Source of the DNA: a virus
Lineage: Duplodnaviria > Caudoviricetes
Reading direction: 5' to 3' (one strand)
IMG/VR virus record: IMGVR_UViG_3300025325_000026
Coordinates: 1 to 55,257 of that record
DNA: 55,257 nucleotides
Under the pieces are notes generated by a model, which saw nothing but the letters and a program-made list of their open reading frames with translations, had not been told where the DNA came from and did not search any database. The first letter of the stretch is position 1. Each line of letters begins with the position of its first letter. Both the position numbers and the translations under genes were made by a program. Below, piece after piece: positions 18,281-28,680 of this stretch.

Positions 18281-20410
18281 ATGTCGAATCTCGGAACCCT
18301 TACTATCAATCTTGTAGCGAAGACTGGCAGCTTTGTCGGTCCGCTCGATAAGGCTGGTCGTCAGGCGAAAAAGACGTCAAAAGACGTAAGTGATTCGTTT
18401 TCTGATTCTTTGAAATCGGTAACAAAATGGGGCTTTGGTTTAGGTGTTGTCGCAACCGGGACGGTGGTGGCATTTGCCAAAAAAAGCATTGAAGCCGCAT
18501 CAGCAATAAATGACGTTGCAAAAGCTGCAGGCATGTCTACCGATACGTTGCAGGAGATGAGACACGCGGCAAGCCTATCCGGAATATCTTTTGATGAACT
18601 TGACGGAAGCCTACTGAAATTCAACAAGAGCGTAGGCGAAGCCCGTGCCGGATCTGGTTCGCTGTATTCATATCTCAAAAAGGTTGATCAGGGGCTTTTG
18701 GATCAAGTCAGAAGCGCTAATTCAACCGATGATGCATTGAATCTGATATTCAAATCGATGAAAAATGTATCGAACGAATCTGAGCGAGCGGCCCTTGCCG
18801 CCGCCGCCTTTGGTCGCTCTGGTGTTAAACTTTCTGTTCTTGCCGACGATTACGAAACACTGAGAAAAGAAGCGCAATCGCTCGGGATTGTAATAGATTC
18901 ACAATTAATAAAAAATGCCGATGAAGCTGGCGATAAGCTTGAGACGTTGTCAAGGGTTATAGGCGCTCAGTTAACAACGGCAGTTCTTAATTTTGCCCCT
19001 ACAATCCAGAAGGTGGCCGAACAAATATTGAAGTTGTCAGAAAGCACCGCTAAGTTTTTTGGTGGCGGTCATGTGAGCGAAATTGATATTGAAATTGCGG
19101 CGCTTGAAGAATTGAGATACGAATTCAAGCAGACAGAAGAAACCTTCACTGCAATGCAGGCGCAAAAAGGGTATCTGCTTCCGGGTGAGCTTGATCAATT
19201 AGTGCAAGCTAAAAACAATGTTGAGACATTGACAGAAAGTATTAATCAACTTAATGTTGCAAAAAATGGCGGGCCGTCCAAGCCTTCAACACCGCCGTTA
19301 TCTTTGGAAAAACCCCAAGATACTTCATGGGATGATTTGAAAAAAATAATCGAGGCAACATCGGAAACAAACAAGCAGAGACTCGAAATAATCAAGTCGT
19401 CGAACCTTGCAATCAGGGCTGAAAACGACAGGCAGCTACAAGCAGATATCGCCAAGGATGCAGAGTATCGCCAACTCGTTGACCAAGCGAATTTGGCCGA
19501 ACTTAACAACATAACTGACAACGTTGAAAGGGAATTAGCCCTTCACGAATACAAATACGAAAAATTAAAACAGTTGTACGAAGAAGGTTCTGCTGAACTT
19601 ACCGAAATAGAAAGGGCGCAAGCCGCCGAACGTGCTGCGATAGTGGCCAACAGTGATTATTGGTCTGGCTATTCAGAGTCACTTGAAAGTAGTATAGTAA
19701 GCATGGATGAAATTGTTGGTGGATCGCTTGATGATTTGACTTCTAAGTTTGGAAATTTTTTATCTGATGTAATAATTGGAAACGAAGAAGCTGGGGAGGC
19801 ATTCAAAAAATTGGCTACCGAAATGGCGTCATCTATGCTTTCGGCTATAGGAAAAATGATAGCCCAATGGATAGTTTACGAAGTTACAAAAACTGCTGTT
19901 GATAAATCAGTTCAGGCCGCAGCAATTCCATCGTTAATAGCAAACGCCCAGGCCGGAGCCCTGCTTGCAGGAATAAACGCATATGCGTCAGCGGCAGCTA
20001 TTCCATATACAGGATGGGTACTGGCTCCAGGAGCAATGGCGGCAGCATTGGCGGCAACTGAGCCTATGGCTGCTGCCGTTTCTGGACTTGCACTTGCCGG
20101 TCTTGCCCACGATGGTATCGACAGTATTCCTGAAACCGGTACGTGGCTTTTGAAAAAAGGTGAAAGGGTTGTTGCTGGAGAAACATCAAAAAAGCTTGAC
20201 AATACTCTTAGTAGAATAAATTACGGAATTGGCAGTACCAGCTCAAGCAATGGATCAATAATTGGTGGACAGCGCGGGTATTCGGAACCACATTTTCACC
20301 AGCATTTTGACGGTCCTGTATTTTTAAATAGGTCACACATCAAGGATGTAACAAGAATGTTTATGGATGAATTTGAAAGAGAAAGAACGCGGGTGGGAGC
20401 GGTAAGATAA
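18281..20410 (+). CDS. Tape measure protein
   Basis: LGTLTINLVAKTG N-terminus, long helical Ala-rich body, AHDGID..P.TGTWLL.KGERV C-terminal motif. Confidence 0.93.
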   Translation: MSNLGTLTINLVAKTGSFVGPLDKAGRQAKKTSKDVSDSFSDSLKSVTKWGFGLGVVATGTVVAFAKKSIEAASAINDVAKAAGMSTDTLQEMRHAASLSGISFDELDGSLLKFNKSVGEARAGSGSLYSYLKKVDQGLLDQVRSANSTDDALNLIFKSMKNVSNESERAALAAAAFGRSGVKLSVLADDYETLRKEAQSLGIVIDSQLIKNADEAGDKLETLSRVIGAQLTTAVLNFAPTIQKVAEQILKLSESTAKFFGGGHVSEIDIEIAALEELRYEFKQTEETFTAMQAQKGYLLPGELDQLVQAKNNVETLTESINQLNVAKNGGPSKPSTPPLSLEKPQDTSWDDLKKIIEATSETNKQRLEIIKSSNLAIRAENDRQLQADIAKDAEYRQLVDQANLAELNNITDNVERELALHEYKYEKLKQLYEEGSAELTEIERAQAAERAAIVANSDYWSGYSESLESSIVSMDEIVGGSLDDLTSKFGNFLSDVIIGNEEAGEAFKKLATEMASSMLSAIGKMIAQWIVYEVTKTAVDKSVQAAAIPSLIANAQAGALLAGINAYASAAAIPYTGWVLAPGAMAAALAATEPMAAAVSGLALAGLAHDGIDSIPETGTWLLKKGERVVAGETSKKLDNTLSRINYGIGSTSSSNGSIIGGQRGYSEPHFHQHFDGPVFLNRSHIKDVTRMFMDEFERERTRVGAVR

Positions 20411-20799
20411 TGGCCGAAGGCGATATTTATATCGGGATAGACAGCGACGAGGATCTTATCTCTACTCACGCCAAGGAGGTGTTGCGTGAGTTTGAAGAGA
20501 TAGGTAGGTCTGGTCGAACTGCAAGCGGAAGACTTGTCAAAGACATAGTTTCAAGAAAATATAAATTTAGCATTCTTTACGAATATATTAATCAGTCAGT
20601 TTTCGATATAATAATGGAAAAGTATGGGTTTGATGAGGGTCTTAATTTGAGGATGTACATTTCAGGATCAAATTACTTTACAAATTTCGACGGAAACTGC
20701 CCTATAGTAAGGATCAACCCGTTTGGTTCAACAGATTTTATGCCGGGACGTAGCACAAAGATATACAAGGGATCGACAATAGTTTTCGAGGAAGTGTAA
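20410..20799 (+). CDS. Distal tail protein (putative)
   Basis: Follows TMP; RTASGRLVKD motif. Confidence 0.65.
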   Translation: MAEGDIYIGIDSDEDLISTHAKEVLREFEEIGRSGRTASGRLVKDIVSRKYKFSILYEYINQSVFDIIMEKYGFDEGLNLRMYISGSNYFTNFDGNCPIVRINPFGSTDFMPGRSTKIYKGSTIVFEEV

Positions 20800-22796
20800 T
20801 GATAGCAGTATCTCAAGAATTTACCGAACAGGTTACAGTGGAAACGCGAATCCCACGGGTTAAAATTGACGTGCTATGGACTGACCCTTTTATTAATTCG
20901 GGTATGGTTGTAACGTCAAATGATTACAATAGGATGGGCGATTTAGGGCAAGATTACTACGTTCCTGGCTCATGGCACGATCCTCACTTGGTTGACACAA
21001 AAAGATCGACTCCACATAAATACTTGTCTACTGACGGAACGTGCTCTAGTGATGGAACGTTTTTTACCGTTCCTTCTTCGGTCGCCGGACAACAAAATAA
21101 TCAGGTTGGATGGTATACTGCGTCTGTGGGGGATTCTGATGGTGACTTTTCGGAGCCATATCCGGAGGCAACTGTTTCGTTTGCAGAGGCGAGGGCAATA
21201 CGACGCATAGTTGTTTGCGGAGAACCAACACGCGAAGAATATCCTGAAGTTTTTGAGGTGACAATTTACGACGGCGACGACATCGAAATTTTTAACCATC
21301 AATATTCAGGTAGTTCGGTTGAAACGATTATAGATCTTACTTCTGAAAATATAAACGCATCCGGAAGCATGAAGCTTACCATTATTAAATGGTCTTCCGG
21401 CGGAACAATGGCTAAAATAGTTGAATTTTACGGAACAATAAGCGATGTGTTTTATACCGATGATATCGTTTCGTTAAATATTTTGGAGGAAAGAGAAGTT
21501 GAAAACGGCACCGTTCCAACGGGAAACGTGTCTTGCAACGAATGTGATGTTGAGCTTCAAAATATTTCAATAATACGTGAAAATGGCGAATCGTTTATTG
21601 ATCCGTTCTTTCCGAATAATTCAGGTTCATACGTTGCCAATTCTTTAACACCAAACGTCAGGATCACTCCATATATAGGTTTTCAATTGCCAAATTCAGA
21701 TCAGGAAATTGAATATGTAAAAATGGGCGTCTTCTGGACTAATGACTGGACAACCGAAGAAAAGAATTTCAGCGTTCAAGTGTCTTGTCGTGACAGATTG
21801 GAGTTATTGCGGGAAGTTGAATTTAGAGCCGACGAGGTATTGTTAAATGTTACCTTGTATACATACGCTGAATTTATTCTTAACCATGCAAAGCAAAATA
21901 TTCCTATGAACGACCTCGTATGGAGTATTGACACATCATTACTAGATTTTATTATACCCTATGCATGGCTTGGAAAAACTACATATATGGATGCTCTTGC
22001 AAAAATATCCGCTGCTTGCATGGGATATATTTACATGGATCGTAACGATGTATTGATTATAAAATCTTATACTGCAAATGAAGCAAAAATTCCTGATTAT
22101 GCAATAACAAGAGACAATTATTTTAATCGTAGCCAAAAATCAAAAAGTGAGGGCCTGAAAAACAGGGTAATAGTTCCAGTTGCCGAAACTATCCCTGAGA
22201 TCGAGGCATCAGAAATTTCAACGACTGAAGTATCAATGGCTGAAGGCATTGACGATACAACAGTAACTATCGAATGGGGAGACGAAGTAGTTCTTGATGG
22301 TGTTGCAGCAATTCAGAACCAAGCCGACATAACAGTGTACAAGACATATGAGATATTTTACCCATGGGGATGCACGATATCTTTCCACAAGGCAACTGGA
22401 ACTTCTGGAACATTTGAAGTCTTGGTTACCGGAAAAAAATTGCAGACAGAATCTATATCAGAAGTAACCGAATCGGATCAAGACTCTATTGCGCTATATG
22501 GGTTGCGTGAGTACAAGTACAATATTAATCCGCTCCTTCAAAACGCAGCGTTGTCTTTAGTTGTTGCGCTGGTGCTCCTTGATACATATAAGAATTTGCG
22601 GCGTGACGTTGAGGTTGAATGGAGAGGAAATCCGGCTGCTGAAATTGGAGATTGCGTAACCGTCCCAGTATACACTCCAAGCAGTACCGGGATTAGTGTT
22701 ACAGATAGTTTTTTATCTTACAGGCAGCAATTTTCCTTTGAAGACAGGTTACGGTGCAGGCTAACAGCGAGAAAGGCGGTTGACATACAATCATGA
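20799..22796 (+). CDS. Tail tip/baseplate hub protein (putative)
   Basis: MGVFW, Y.DRND.L, WRGNPA.E.GD motifs; position. Confidence 0.7.
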   Translation: MIAVSQEFTEQVTVETRIPRVKIDVLWTDPFINSGMVVTSNDYNRMGDLGQDYYVPGSWHDPHLVDTKRSTPHKYLSTDGTCSSDGTFFTVPSSVAGQQNNQVGWYTASVGDSDGDFSEPYPEATVSFAEARAIRRIVVCGEPTREEYPEVFEVTIYDGDDIEIFNHQYSGSSVETIIDLTSENINASGSMKLTIIKWSSGGTMAKIVEFYGTISDVFYTDDIVSLNILEEREVENGTVPTGNVSCNECDVELQNISIIRENGESFIDPFFPNNSGSYVANSLTPNVRITPYIGFQLPNSDQEIEYVKMGVFWTNDWTTEEKNFSVQVSCRDRLELLREVEFRADEVLLNVTLYTYAEFILNHAKQNIPMNDLVWSIDTSLLDFIIPYAWLGKTTYMDALAKISAACMGYIYMDRNDVLIIKSYTANEAKIPDYAITRDNYFNRSQKSKSEGLKNRVIVPVAETIPEIEASEISTTEVSMAEGIDDTTVTIEWGDEVVLDGVAAIQNQADITVYKTYEIFYPWGCTISFHKATGTSGTFEVLVTGKKLQTESISEVTESDQDSIALYGLREYKYNINPLLQNAALSLVVALVLLDTYKNLRRDVEVEWRGNPAAEIGDCVTVPVYTPSSTGISVTDSFLSYRQQFSFEDRLRCRLTARKAVDIQS

Positions 22797-23248
22797 GTTA
22801 TATTACACCAAAAACTAATTGGGATAGCGAGAACGTAGGGGACGGTGATTTGATAAGAATCGAAGAAAATATACGAATACAGCATCAGGGGGGTGGTATT
22901 GCCGATGGAGGTTCGTTAACTGAGCCTACACCAGATTCAGATTATGAGCTTGATATAGGATCAGAATACGACACCTTCCTTTTTGATCCCCCCGTATACG
23001 ATCCAGAAAACCCGGAAGCTGGAGGGCTTATAACCATCCACGCAATCAGTACTACTGGAAGAAGCGCGTCAAATAAAATAGTTTTGATAAATATTGGCTC
23101 TGGAATAGTTGTATTAAGCATAAACGAAGCGCCGTCCTCCGGATATGCTGCAATAAAATATAGCTCATCGACCTACAGCATTGCTGCCAACGAATCTGCA
23201 ATGCTTGTCTATTCTGGAAACTATTGGTATATCGTAAATAATGCGTAA
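22793..23248 (+). CDS. Minor tail protein
   Basis: YITPKTNW...DL.RIE.N N-terminus; LVYSG.YWY C-terminus. Confidence 0.6.
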   Translation: MSYITPKTNWDSENVGDGDLIRIEENIRIQHQGGGIADGGSLTEPTPDSDYELDIGSEYDTFLFDPPVYDPENPEAGGLITIHAISTTGRSASNKIVLINIGSGIVVLSINEAPSSGYAAIKYSSSTYSIAANESAMLVYSGNYWYIVNNA

Positions 23249-23257
23249 AATAGAACC

Positions 23258-23539
23258 ATGAAATACCAGAGAAAAACAACGGGGAGCCCATCAACCGACA
23301 AGGTCATTAACGACATCTATCGCATATTGGAATTGCTTGATATGGGTGTGGTTATGGTGTCTGATCAATCGGTTTATGGGACACCTGTCTACTTAAATCA
23401 TTCGCTCGTACCGATTCCTCCGACAGGGTATGTTAAAGAGTATTATATTTATAATGACTACCATTTCAAATACATGTTGTGGCCGGACGGGTCGCGACAC
23501 AACAGGCGATTGCCGCTTAATTTTGAGGTAGACGAATGA
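23258..23539 (+). CDS. Hypothetical protein
   Basis: Tightly packed ORF in late operon. Confidence 0.55.
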   Translation: MKYQRKTTGSPSTDKVINDIYRILELLDMGVVMVSDQSVYGTPVYLNHSLVPIPPTGYVKEYYIYNDYHFKYMLWPDGSRHNRRLPLNFEVDE

Positions 23540-25038
23540 GGTCAATGTTTTTAATTTTGGTTATGGCGGCATCTGCCTTTTCTGCATATGTTACCAATAC
23601 GGCAAGTGGAAGATTTCGAGACTCTTTGAAGGTTGACAGTCTAAGAAATGCAATGGTTGTAGGAACCGATGCGGCTGGAAAATTTCAAAAGCGCGATTCA
23701 GTACGCGCTGCCCACGTTGCAGATACTGCGCTTCATGTGCCTACCTCCGATTCCGTCCCGTATGCCGATACCGCCGGGTATGCCCTTACCGCAGGTAATG
23801 CTATGACTTACTCAACAACATCCGATTGCGACACGTTCGTTATGTGGCGTAACGATTCAATGTTTACAATCTCGCGATGCGACTCAATGTTTCCTACCGT
23901 TAATCCATCATATCATTTACATACATCAACAACACTACCCGATAGCCTAAACCACCACGTAACAGCTTTAAGAATTCCAGTGTCGCTCGGAGGTAGGTTA
24001 TGGAGAACTACCAACATGAGGTACGACACTGCATACGGAGATGTTTTCTTTCCGCGCAATTTTTATTTAGGTGATACTACTACAGGGGTTATATCTCTTT
24101 ACATGGGTGCGCTTGGCACTTATTCTGATGTAAATTTAGATCGTACTGCACTATATATAAGTACTTACGGTGGGGGTGTTTCAAGTCGCGGGTCGTACTT
24201 GCTTTTAGACGGTTGTGAAGGGGCATCAAAGGGGACTGCTATTTTACAATCGAGCGACAGCGCCGATGCAATAATAGCCTCAACGTGGAGAACTAAAACC
24301 GTGGTGTCTGGTGGTGCTGTGGACCTAAATTTGTCTTACGAGGGTGGCACCTCTTCCGATGATGGGTTGCGTCTTTATTGGAATAACGTTTCCCATGATG
24401 GCTTTCATTTATTTTCAAGAGACACTTTGAAATACTTGAGGATATCTCAGGCTTTTACTACCGGATCAGATATACAAATAGGGAGAACGCTACTTCTTTT
24501 TTCTGCTGATACCGGGTCATTCAATTACGACCACCTAGTAAACAATACTCCACTATCTGTATTTAATGGGCACATTAGTTCTTATCGGGTTTTTCAAGAT
24601 TCAATCTGGCACGCATACGGGGGTTTCCGAGATAGTTCCGTTACTATATCAATTACATCTGCAAACGATTGGCAACAGGTAACCAATGCGGCGCATACTC
24701 TTTGGGGTGGAGAAGAGCATGACGGAATTTTTTTAAGTGGTGATACGATGATATTCGCACACGGCGGGGTTTATCACGGCACTGCAAAGATTTGTTACTC
24801 TGCATTAGATGGGAAAGATTTTTCAATTCGTTTTTACAACGTTACGCAATCCGATTCTGTTGGCCAAGATAATATACCATCAACTACCGGAGTAGGCAAC
24901 ATTCAATGTGTTACTCAGCCTATATATTTAGAAATTACAACAGGCGATATGGTATTAATGCAAATAACCTGTAACACCGACGGGACTGACCCGGTAATAA
25001 AAAGTGCAAGATTTGAATTGAGCTATCTACATGACTAA
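23536..25038 (+). CDS. Tail-fibre-like protein with predicted Sec signal peptide
   Basis: MRSMFLILVMAASAFSA signal peptide; AxxADTA repeats; C-terminal beta-sandwich-like region; 16 D[ST][ALVIMT] motifs by manual count. Confidence 0.65.
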   Translation: MRSMFLILVMAASAFSAYVTNTASGRFRDSLKVDSLRNAMVVGTDAAGKFQKRDSVRAAHVADTALHVPTSDSVPYADTAGYALTAGNAMTYSTTSDCDTFVMWRNDSMFTISRCDSMFPTVNPSYHLHTSTTLPDSLNHHVTALRIPVSLGGRLWRTTNMRYDTAYGDVFFPRNFYLGDTTTGVISLYMGALGTYSDVNLDRTALYISTYGGGVSSRGSYLLLDGCEGASKGTAILQSSDSADAIIASTWRTKTVVSGGAVDLNLSYEGGTSSDDGLRLYWNNVSHDGFHLFSRDTLKYLRISQAFTTGSDIQIGRTLLLFSADTGSFNYDHLVNNTPLSVFNGHISSYRVFQDSIWHAYGGFRDSSVTISITSANDWQQVTNAAHTLWGGEEHDGIFLSGDTMIFAHGGVYHGTAKICYSALDGKDFSIRFYNVTQSDSVGQDNIPSTTGVGNIQCVTQPIYLEITTGDMVLMQITCNTDGTDPVIKSARFELSYLHD

Positions 25039-26143
25039 GTCAATTTACATTTTAATTAGCATCCTTGCGATAGTCGGGGTGGGGTGGGGACAGGGTGAGG
25101 TGTGGGTTGACCTTGGCCAAATAGCAACAGACGCTATTTATACTATTGAGGATGTTGGCGGCGGAATAGTTATTGCTGGCGATGGCGATGGCCACATCTT
25201 TAGATCAATTGACTATGGAGCCAACTGGACTGACTTAGGTGCGCAACATTTAGATGTTGTATTTAGTATCACCAACGCGGGTAGTGGAATTGTTGTTGCG
25301 TCTGGTAAGAATTGGATAACCTTCTACGACACAACCATAATTAGGTCAACCGATTACGGTGCAACGTGGGGGTACGCAGTCAGACCATACGGGCAAAGTA
25401 TTGTTTACTCGGTAGAATCGTTGGGCGACAGCATAGTTCTTGCTGGAACTTATTCGAGTGGATTTATACTCAGGTCCATTGATTACGGAGTGACATGGGA
25501 TAGCATCGGGCGACCGTATAATATGGGTGCTCAACCTGAAATTAGGTCGTTATGTAATGTTGGAAACGGGGTAGCTTTGGCCGGTCCTTATGTTACCGCA
25601 ACCGGTTACGATGCATATATTTGTAGATCCGTTGATTACGGAGTGACATGGGATAGCATCGGAAACTCGCTTGGTTTACTTGCAGTCATGTCGTTTGAGA
25701 CATTAGGTAACGGAGTGGTGCTTGCTGGTAGTGCTAATAGTGGAGTCATTTTAAGGTCAACCGACTCGGGTTCAACGTGGTCAAGTCTTGGACAGCAATA
25801 TTCACAAAACTTTATCTATTCAATTGCAAACATGGGTGGAGGAATAGTTGTAGCTGGAACATCAAGAACGGTATCCAACGGCCAGATATTAAGGTCGACC
25901 GACTATGGGGTTACTTGGGATAGCCTTGGGCAGCAGTTTGGCCAAACAAGTATTCGTTCTGTAAAATATTTAGGGAATGGAATAGCTGTTGCCGGAACAA
26001 GCGGGGGAAGGATATTGAGGAGTGTGTACTCAGTTCCTCAATGTGACACTCTCACCATCGGAATCTTAAACGATGCTTGTGGAGGTGTACCGATTACCGT
26101 AGGAACAGTTGACGATCATTGCGGAACATTTTTGACATACTGA
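25031..26143 (+). CDS. BNR/Asp-box beta-propeller protein with predicted signal peptide
   Basis: Six RSxD(Y/S)GxxW Asp-boxes; N-terminal MTKSIYILISILAIVGVGWG. Confidence 0.85.
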   Translation: MTKSIYILISILAIVGVGWGQGEVWVDLGQIATDAIYTIEDVGGGIVIAGDGDGHIFRSIDYGANWTDLGAQHLDVVFSITNAGSGIVVASGKNWITFYDTTIIRSTDYGATWGYAVRPYGQSIVYSVESLGDSIVLAGTYSSGFILRSIDYGVTWDSIGRPYNMGAQPEIRSLCNVGNGVALAGPYVTATGYDAYICRSVDYGVTWDSIGNSLGLLAVMSFETLGNGVVLAGSANSGVILRSTDSGSTWSSLGQQYSQNFIYSIANMGGGIVVAGTSRTVSNGQILRSTDYGVTWDSLGQQFGQTSIRSVKYLGNGIAVAGTSGGRILRSVYSVPQCDTLTIGILNDACGGVPITVGTVDDHCGTFLTY

Positions 26144-26230
26144 CCCCCGGCACATAAAAGCCTCACGCCGACAGGGGTTCAATTCGAGGCACGCTCCCGG
26201 ATACGGAGCAAAACGATAAGCGAGGGATAA

Positions 26231-26602
26231 GTGTGCATCAGACTTCGAAGGTCGGGAGGCAAGGTTGTGGGAATAGAACTTAATTTTAAGCGCACCGTTT
26301 ACACGCTAATAACCGTTGCCGCGGTAATAGCGGCAGTCGGAGCCATTAAAGTGCAGTGCAATAGCGGGATAGTGTACGCACAAGAAAAATTTGTTCGTGG
26401 AACTGCCTCCGATGTTTTTGATTCTCTTCACCGACCATTTGAAGGAAAGGTATGCGCCCTATACGATACTGTGAACAATATGCGTGAGGAATCAAAAATA
26501 ATTATTGAAATGATAAAAATAGCAAATGCCGACAAGCCTGATCTTTATCGGAATGCGAAAAACGCAGTGAGGAATGCCGGGAGGTTTCCAGTTGATAACT
26601 GA
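26231..26602 (+). CDS. Membrane protein (possible lysis accessory)
   Basis: One N-terminal TM helix, helical C-terminus. Confidence 0.5.
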   Translation: MCIRLRRSGGKVVGIELNFKRTVYTLITVAAVIAAVGAIKVQCNSGIVYAQEKFVRGTASDVFDSLHRPFEGKVCALYDTVNNMREESKIIIEMIKIANADKPDLYRNAKNAVRNAGRFPVDN

Positions 26603-26691
26603 AATAGACGCATCTGTGTGGTGCCTGCTGATACCGATCGTGATGGTGGTTGTTGTGGCAGCGTTGGCGATAATGGGGTATATTTGAGAGT

Positions 26692-26922
26692 ATGGGCAAA
26701 CGAGTATCATACGAAGCAAAAATGGACGCCTACAATAACGCCATAGCCATGTTGTGCGAGGGTGGCATGGAGTGTGCATATGATGATGAGGGGGACTATG
26801 CGGCTGGGCGCATATGGCTGGCAAAACGGTTAGAGGGGCAGATTGACAAAATTATTAGAGATGAGAAGCTGCGCAAAATATCGGCATTGGTTAAAAATGC
26901 TGTAAAATCAGTGGACGATTAG
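26692..26922 (+). CDS. Hypothetical protein
   Basis: ORF with GAG SD-like sequence. Confidence 0.45.
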   Translation: MGKRVSYEAKMDAYNNAIAMLCEGGMECAYDDEGDYAAGRIWLAKRLEGQIDKIIRDEKLRKISALVKNAVKSVDD

Positions 26923-27425
26923 GGGTATATTTAGGGGGTGGAAATTGTTCGTTTCGAACGGAGTGGCGCATGAGTAAATCTATGTTGCCGGCAGGAAAAA
27001 CAGCAATACAGTTGTTAAGTGAATTAAGGCCAATAGATGACGAAATTATTCATGAGGCTCTTGAGATAGCGGACGACGCATTTTCGTTTCCGCCCGTCTC
27101 TACGGGTGATGCAGTATGAAATCATCAAGTCGGCACGTCGCTGTTGCAATAATGACGGATATATCCACGATGCAAAAGCAGATGATATGTGAGCACAAGT
27201 GGAAAAAGGATGGGCATGGCTATACCTGTCAAAATCCCGAGTGCCAATACTACACCGGGACGAATGACGAACTGAACGGAATAATCGAGAAAGAATTGAG
27301 GAGGAAAAAGCGGTGATCACCGGCACAGTAATAAAGGCGAATTCTATCGACGGGGAGATAACAATCTCCCTGCACGACACTGGAGATTTTAGCGATGCCA
27401 CTGTTGGTGATTTTGTGAGGAAACT

Positions 27426-28292
27426 ATGAGCGAAAAAAAACTACCGCCAATCAGTCGTACTGCGGCTACTGCGGCAGCGTTTGCCTTTCTATCTTATCGA
27501 ACCGATGACATGCTTGAAAAAATTATCGGTATTCGCGGAGGCGAAGCAAGTTATTTTAGATGTAAATTTGAGTCGCGTGAGAACGGAGCACTTAAATTCG
27601 GTTACGTGATTGACGAGATTTACAAAATATGCTACCTTATTGGTAGGGGAACGGCTGGCGATACAAAATCGGCGAATGCAAAATCATGGCTTAAATATGA
27701 CTTAAACTTGGTTTGCGGTGAAGACGGGGAGCATAACGGGTTTCAGAATGCTGGAAATCAATTTTTCGAGTGGCTAAAATCAGAGGGTGTTTTAGAACAA
27801 TACCAAGTATTCGTTACCGGGTCGCACTCGCAGGGCTCTGGATATATGCAGCGGGTCCTTTTGCTGCTTTCCAGACACTACCCTACACGCAAGGTAGAGG
27901 CAAATCTATTTGCGTGTCCGCCATATTTTAAGCGCGGACATGAATTGGAGCTTTCTGGCTTTCTTCAATCTTCGCACTGCCCGATGACTGTGACTCGATT
28001 TGAGCAGCCTGGAGATCCCATAACTACCGACTTACTGCGCGATGACAACAGTCCATTCGGTTGGCGCAACGGGGTTGATATTGGTAACAAGTACGAGCTA
28101 CCGGATCTTGCTCTTCAAAAACTTGGACCGGCGGAAGCGATAAACCATTCCTGCCGATTCCAGGTTGCGTCAATGATTGTTGATACGTCAATTAGGGCCG
28201 ATGAGTATTACCGTGCGAGCGATGGATCCACGGGTGAATATTTAGTGGTTCGCAATGCTTTGAACTATGCATTTGATAACTGTATAAATTGA
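27426..28292 (+). CDS. Lipase class 3-like alpha/beta hydrolase
   Basis: GRGT, HNGFQ, VTGSHSQGS nucleophile elbow, GDPIT, NHS. Confidence 0.8.
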   Translation: MSEKKLPPISRTAATAAAFAFLSYRTDDMLEKIIGIRGGEASYFRCKFESRENGALKFGYVIDEIYKICYLIGRGTAGDTKSANAKSWLKYDLNLVCGEDGEHNGFQNAGNQFFEWLKSEGVLEQYQVFVTGSHSQGSGYMQRVLLLLSRHYPTRKVEANLFACPPYFKRGHELELSGFLQSSHCPMTVTRFEQPGDPITTDLLRDDNSPFGWRNGVDIGNKYELPDLALQKLGPAEAINHSCRFQVASMIVDTSIRADEYYRASDGSTGEYLVVRNALNYAFDNCIN

Positions 28293-28316
28293 GTATTACC
28301 AAGAACTGAGGAGATA

Positions 28317-28556
28317 ATGGAACGATCAAAATTTCTTACGGTTGGGTTTAGAGATATGATGCATTCTCTTTCTGTCATTGGAATTTTCATGCTGATCGAG
28401 GTTGCGCCATCCATTACGCCTGTATTATCGACAGGAGTTTTTCCGACAACGGCGCAGTGGATAAGCTATGGCGCGTTCTCTCTAAAGGCAGGAATTGCGT
28501 ACTTGATAAAAAGTGCGCTTACAAATAAGTCTGGTGGGTTCGGACCGGAGAAATAG
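28317..28556 (+). CDS. Holin (putative)
   Basis: 79 aa, two hydrophobic segments, AGIAYLIK..LTN..G motif; GAGGAG SD. Confidence 0.7.
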   Translation: MERSKFLTVGFRDMMHSLSVIGIFMLIEVAPSITPVLSTGVFPTTAQWISYGAFSLKAGIAYLIKSALTNKSGGFGPEK

Positions 28557-28680
28557 TAGAGTAAGAATTTTCGGGCGATAATCGGCTTTAGCGGGCCGGT
28601 GATCGTAAGATTTAAAAGGGGCAGTACGGTGCCGTAACCATCGTATTTGTCCCTTTTTTATTGCCCGACAGGAGATAAAA

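Noticed and set aside
26170-26192. GGTTCAATTC as a tRNA T-loop
   Set aside because: No acceptor stem, D-arm or anticodon arm could be built
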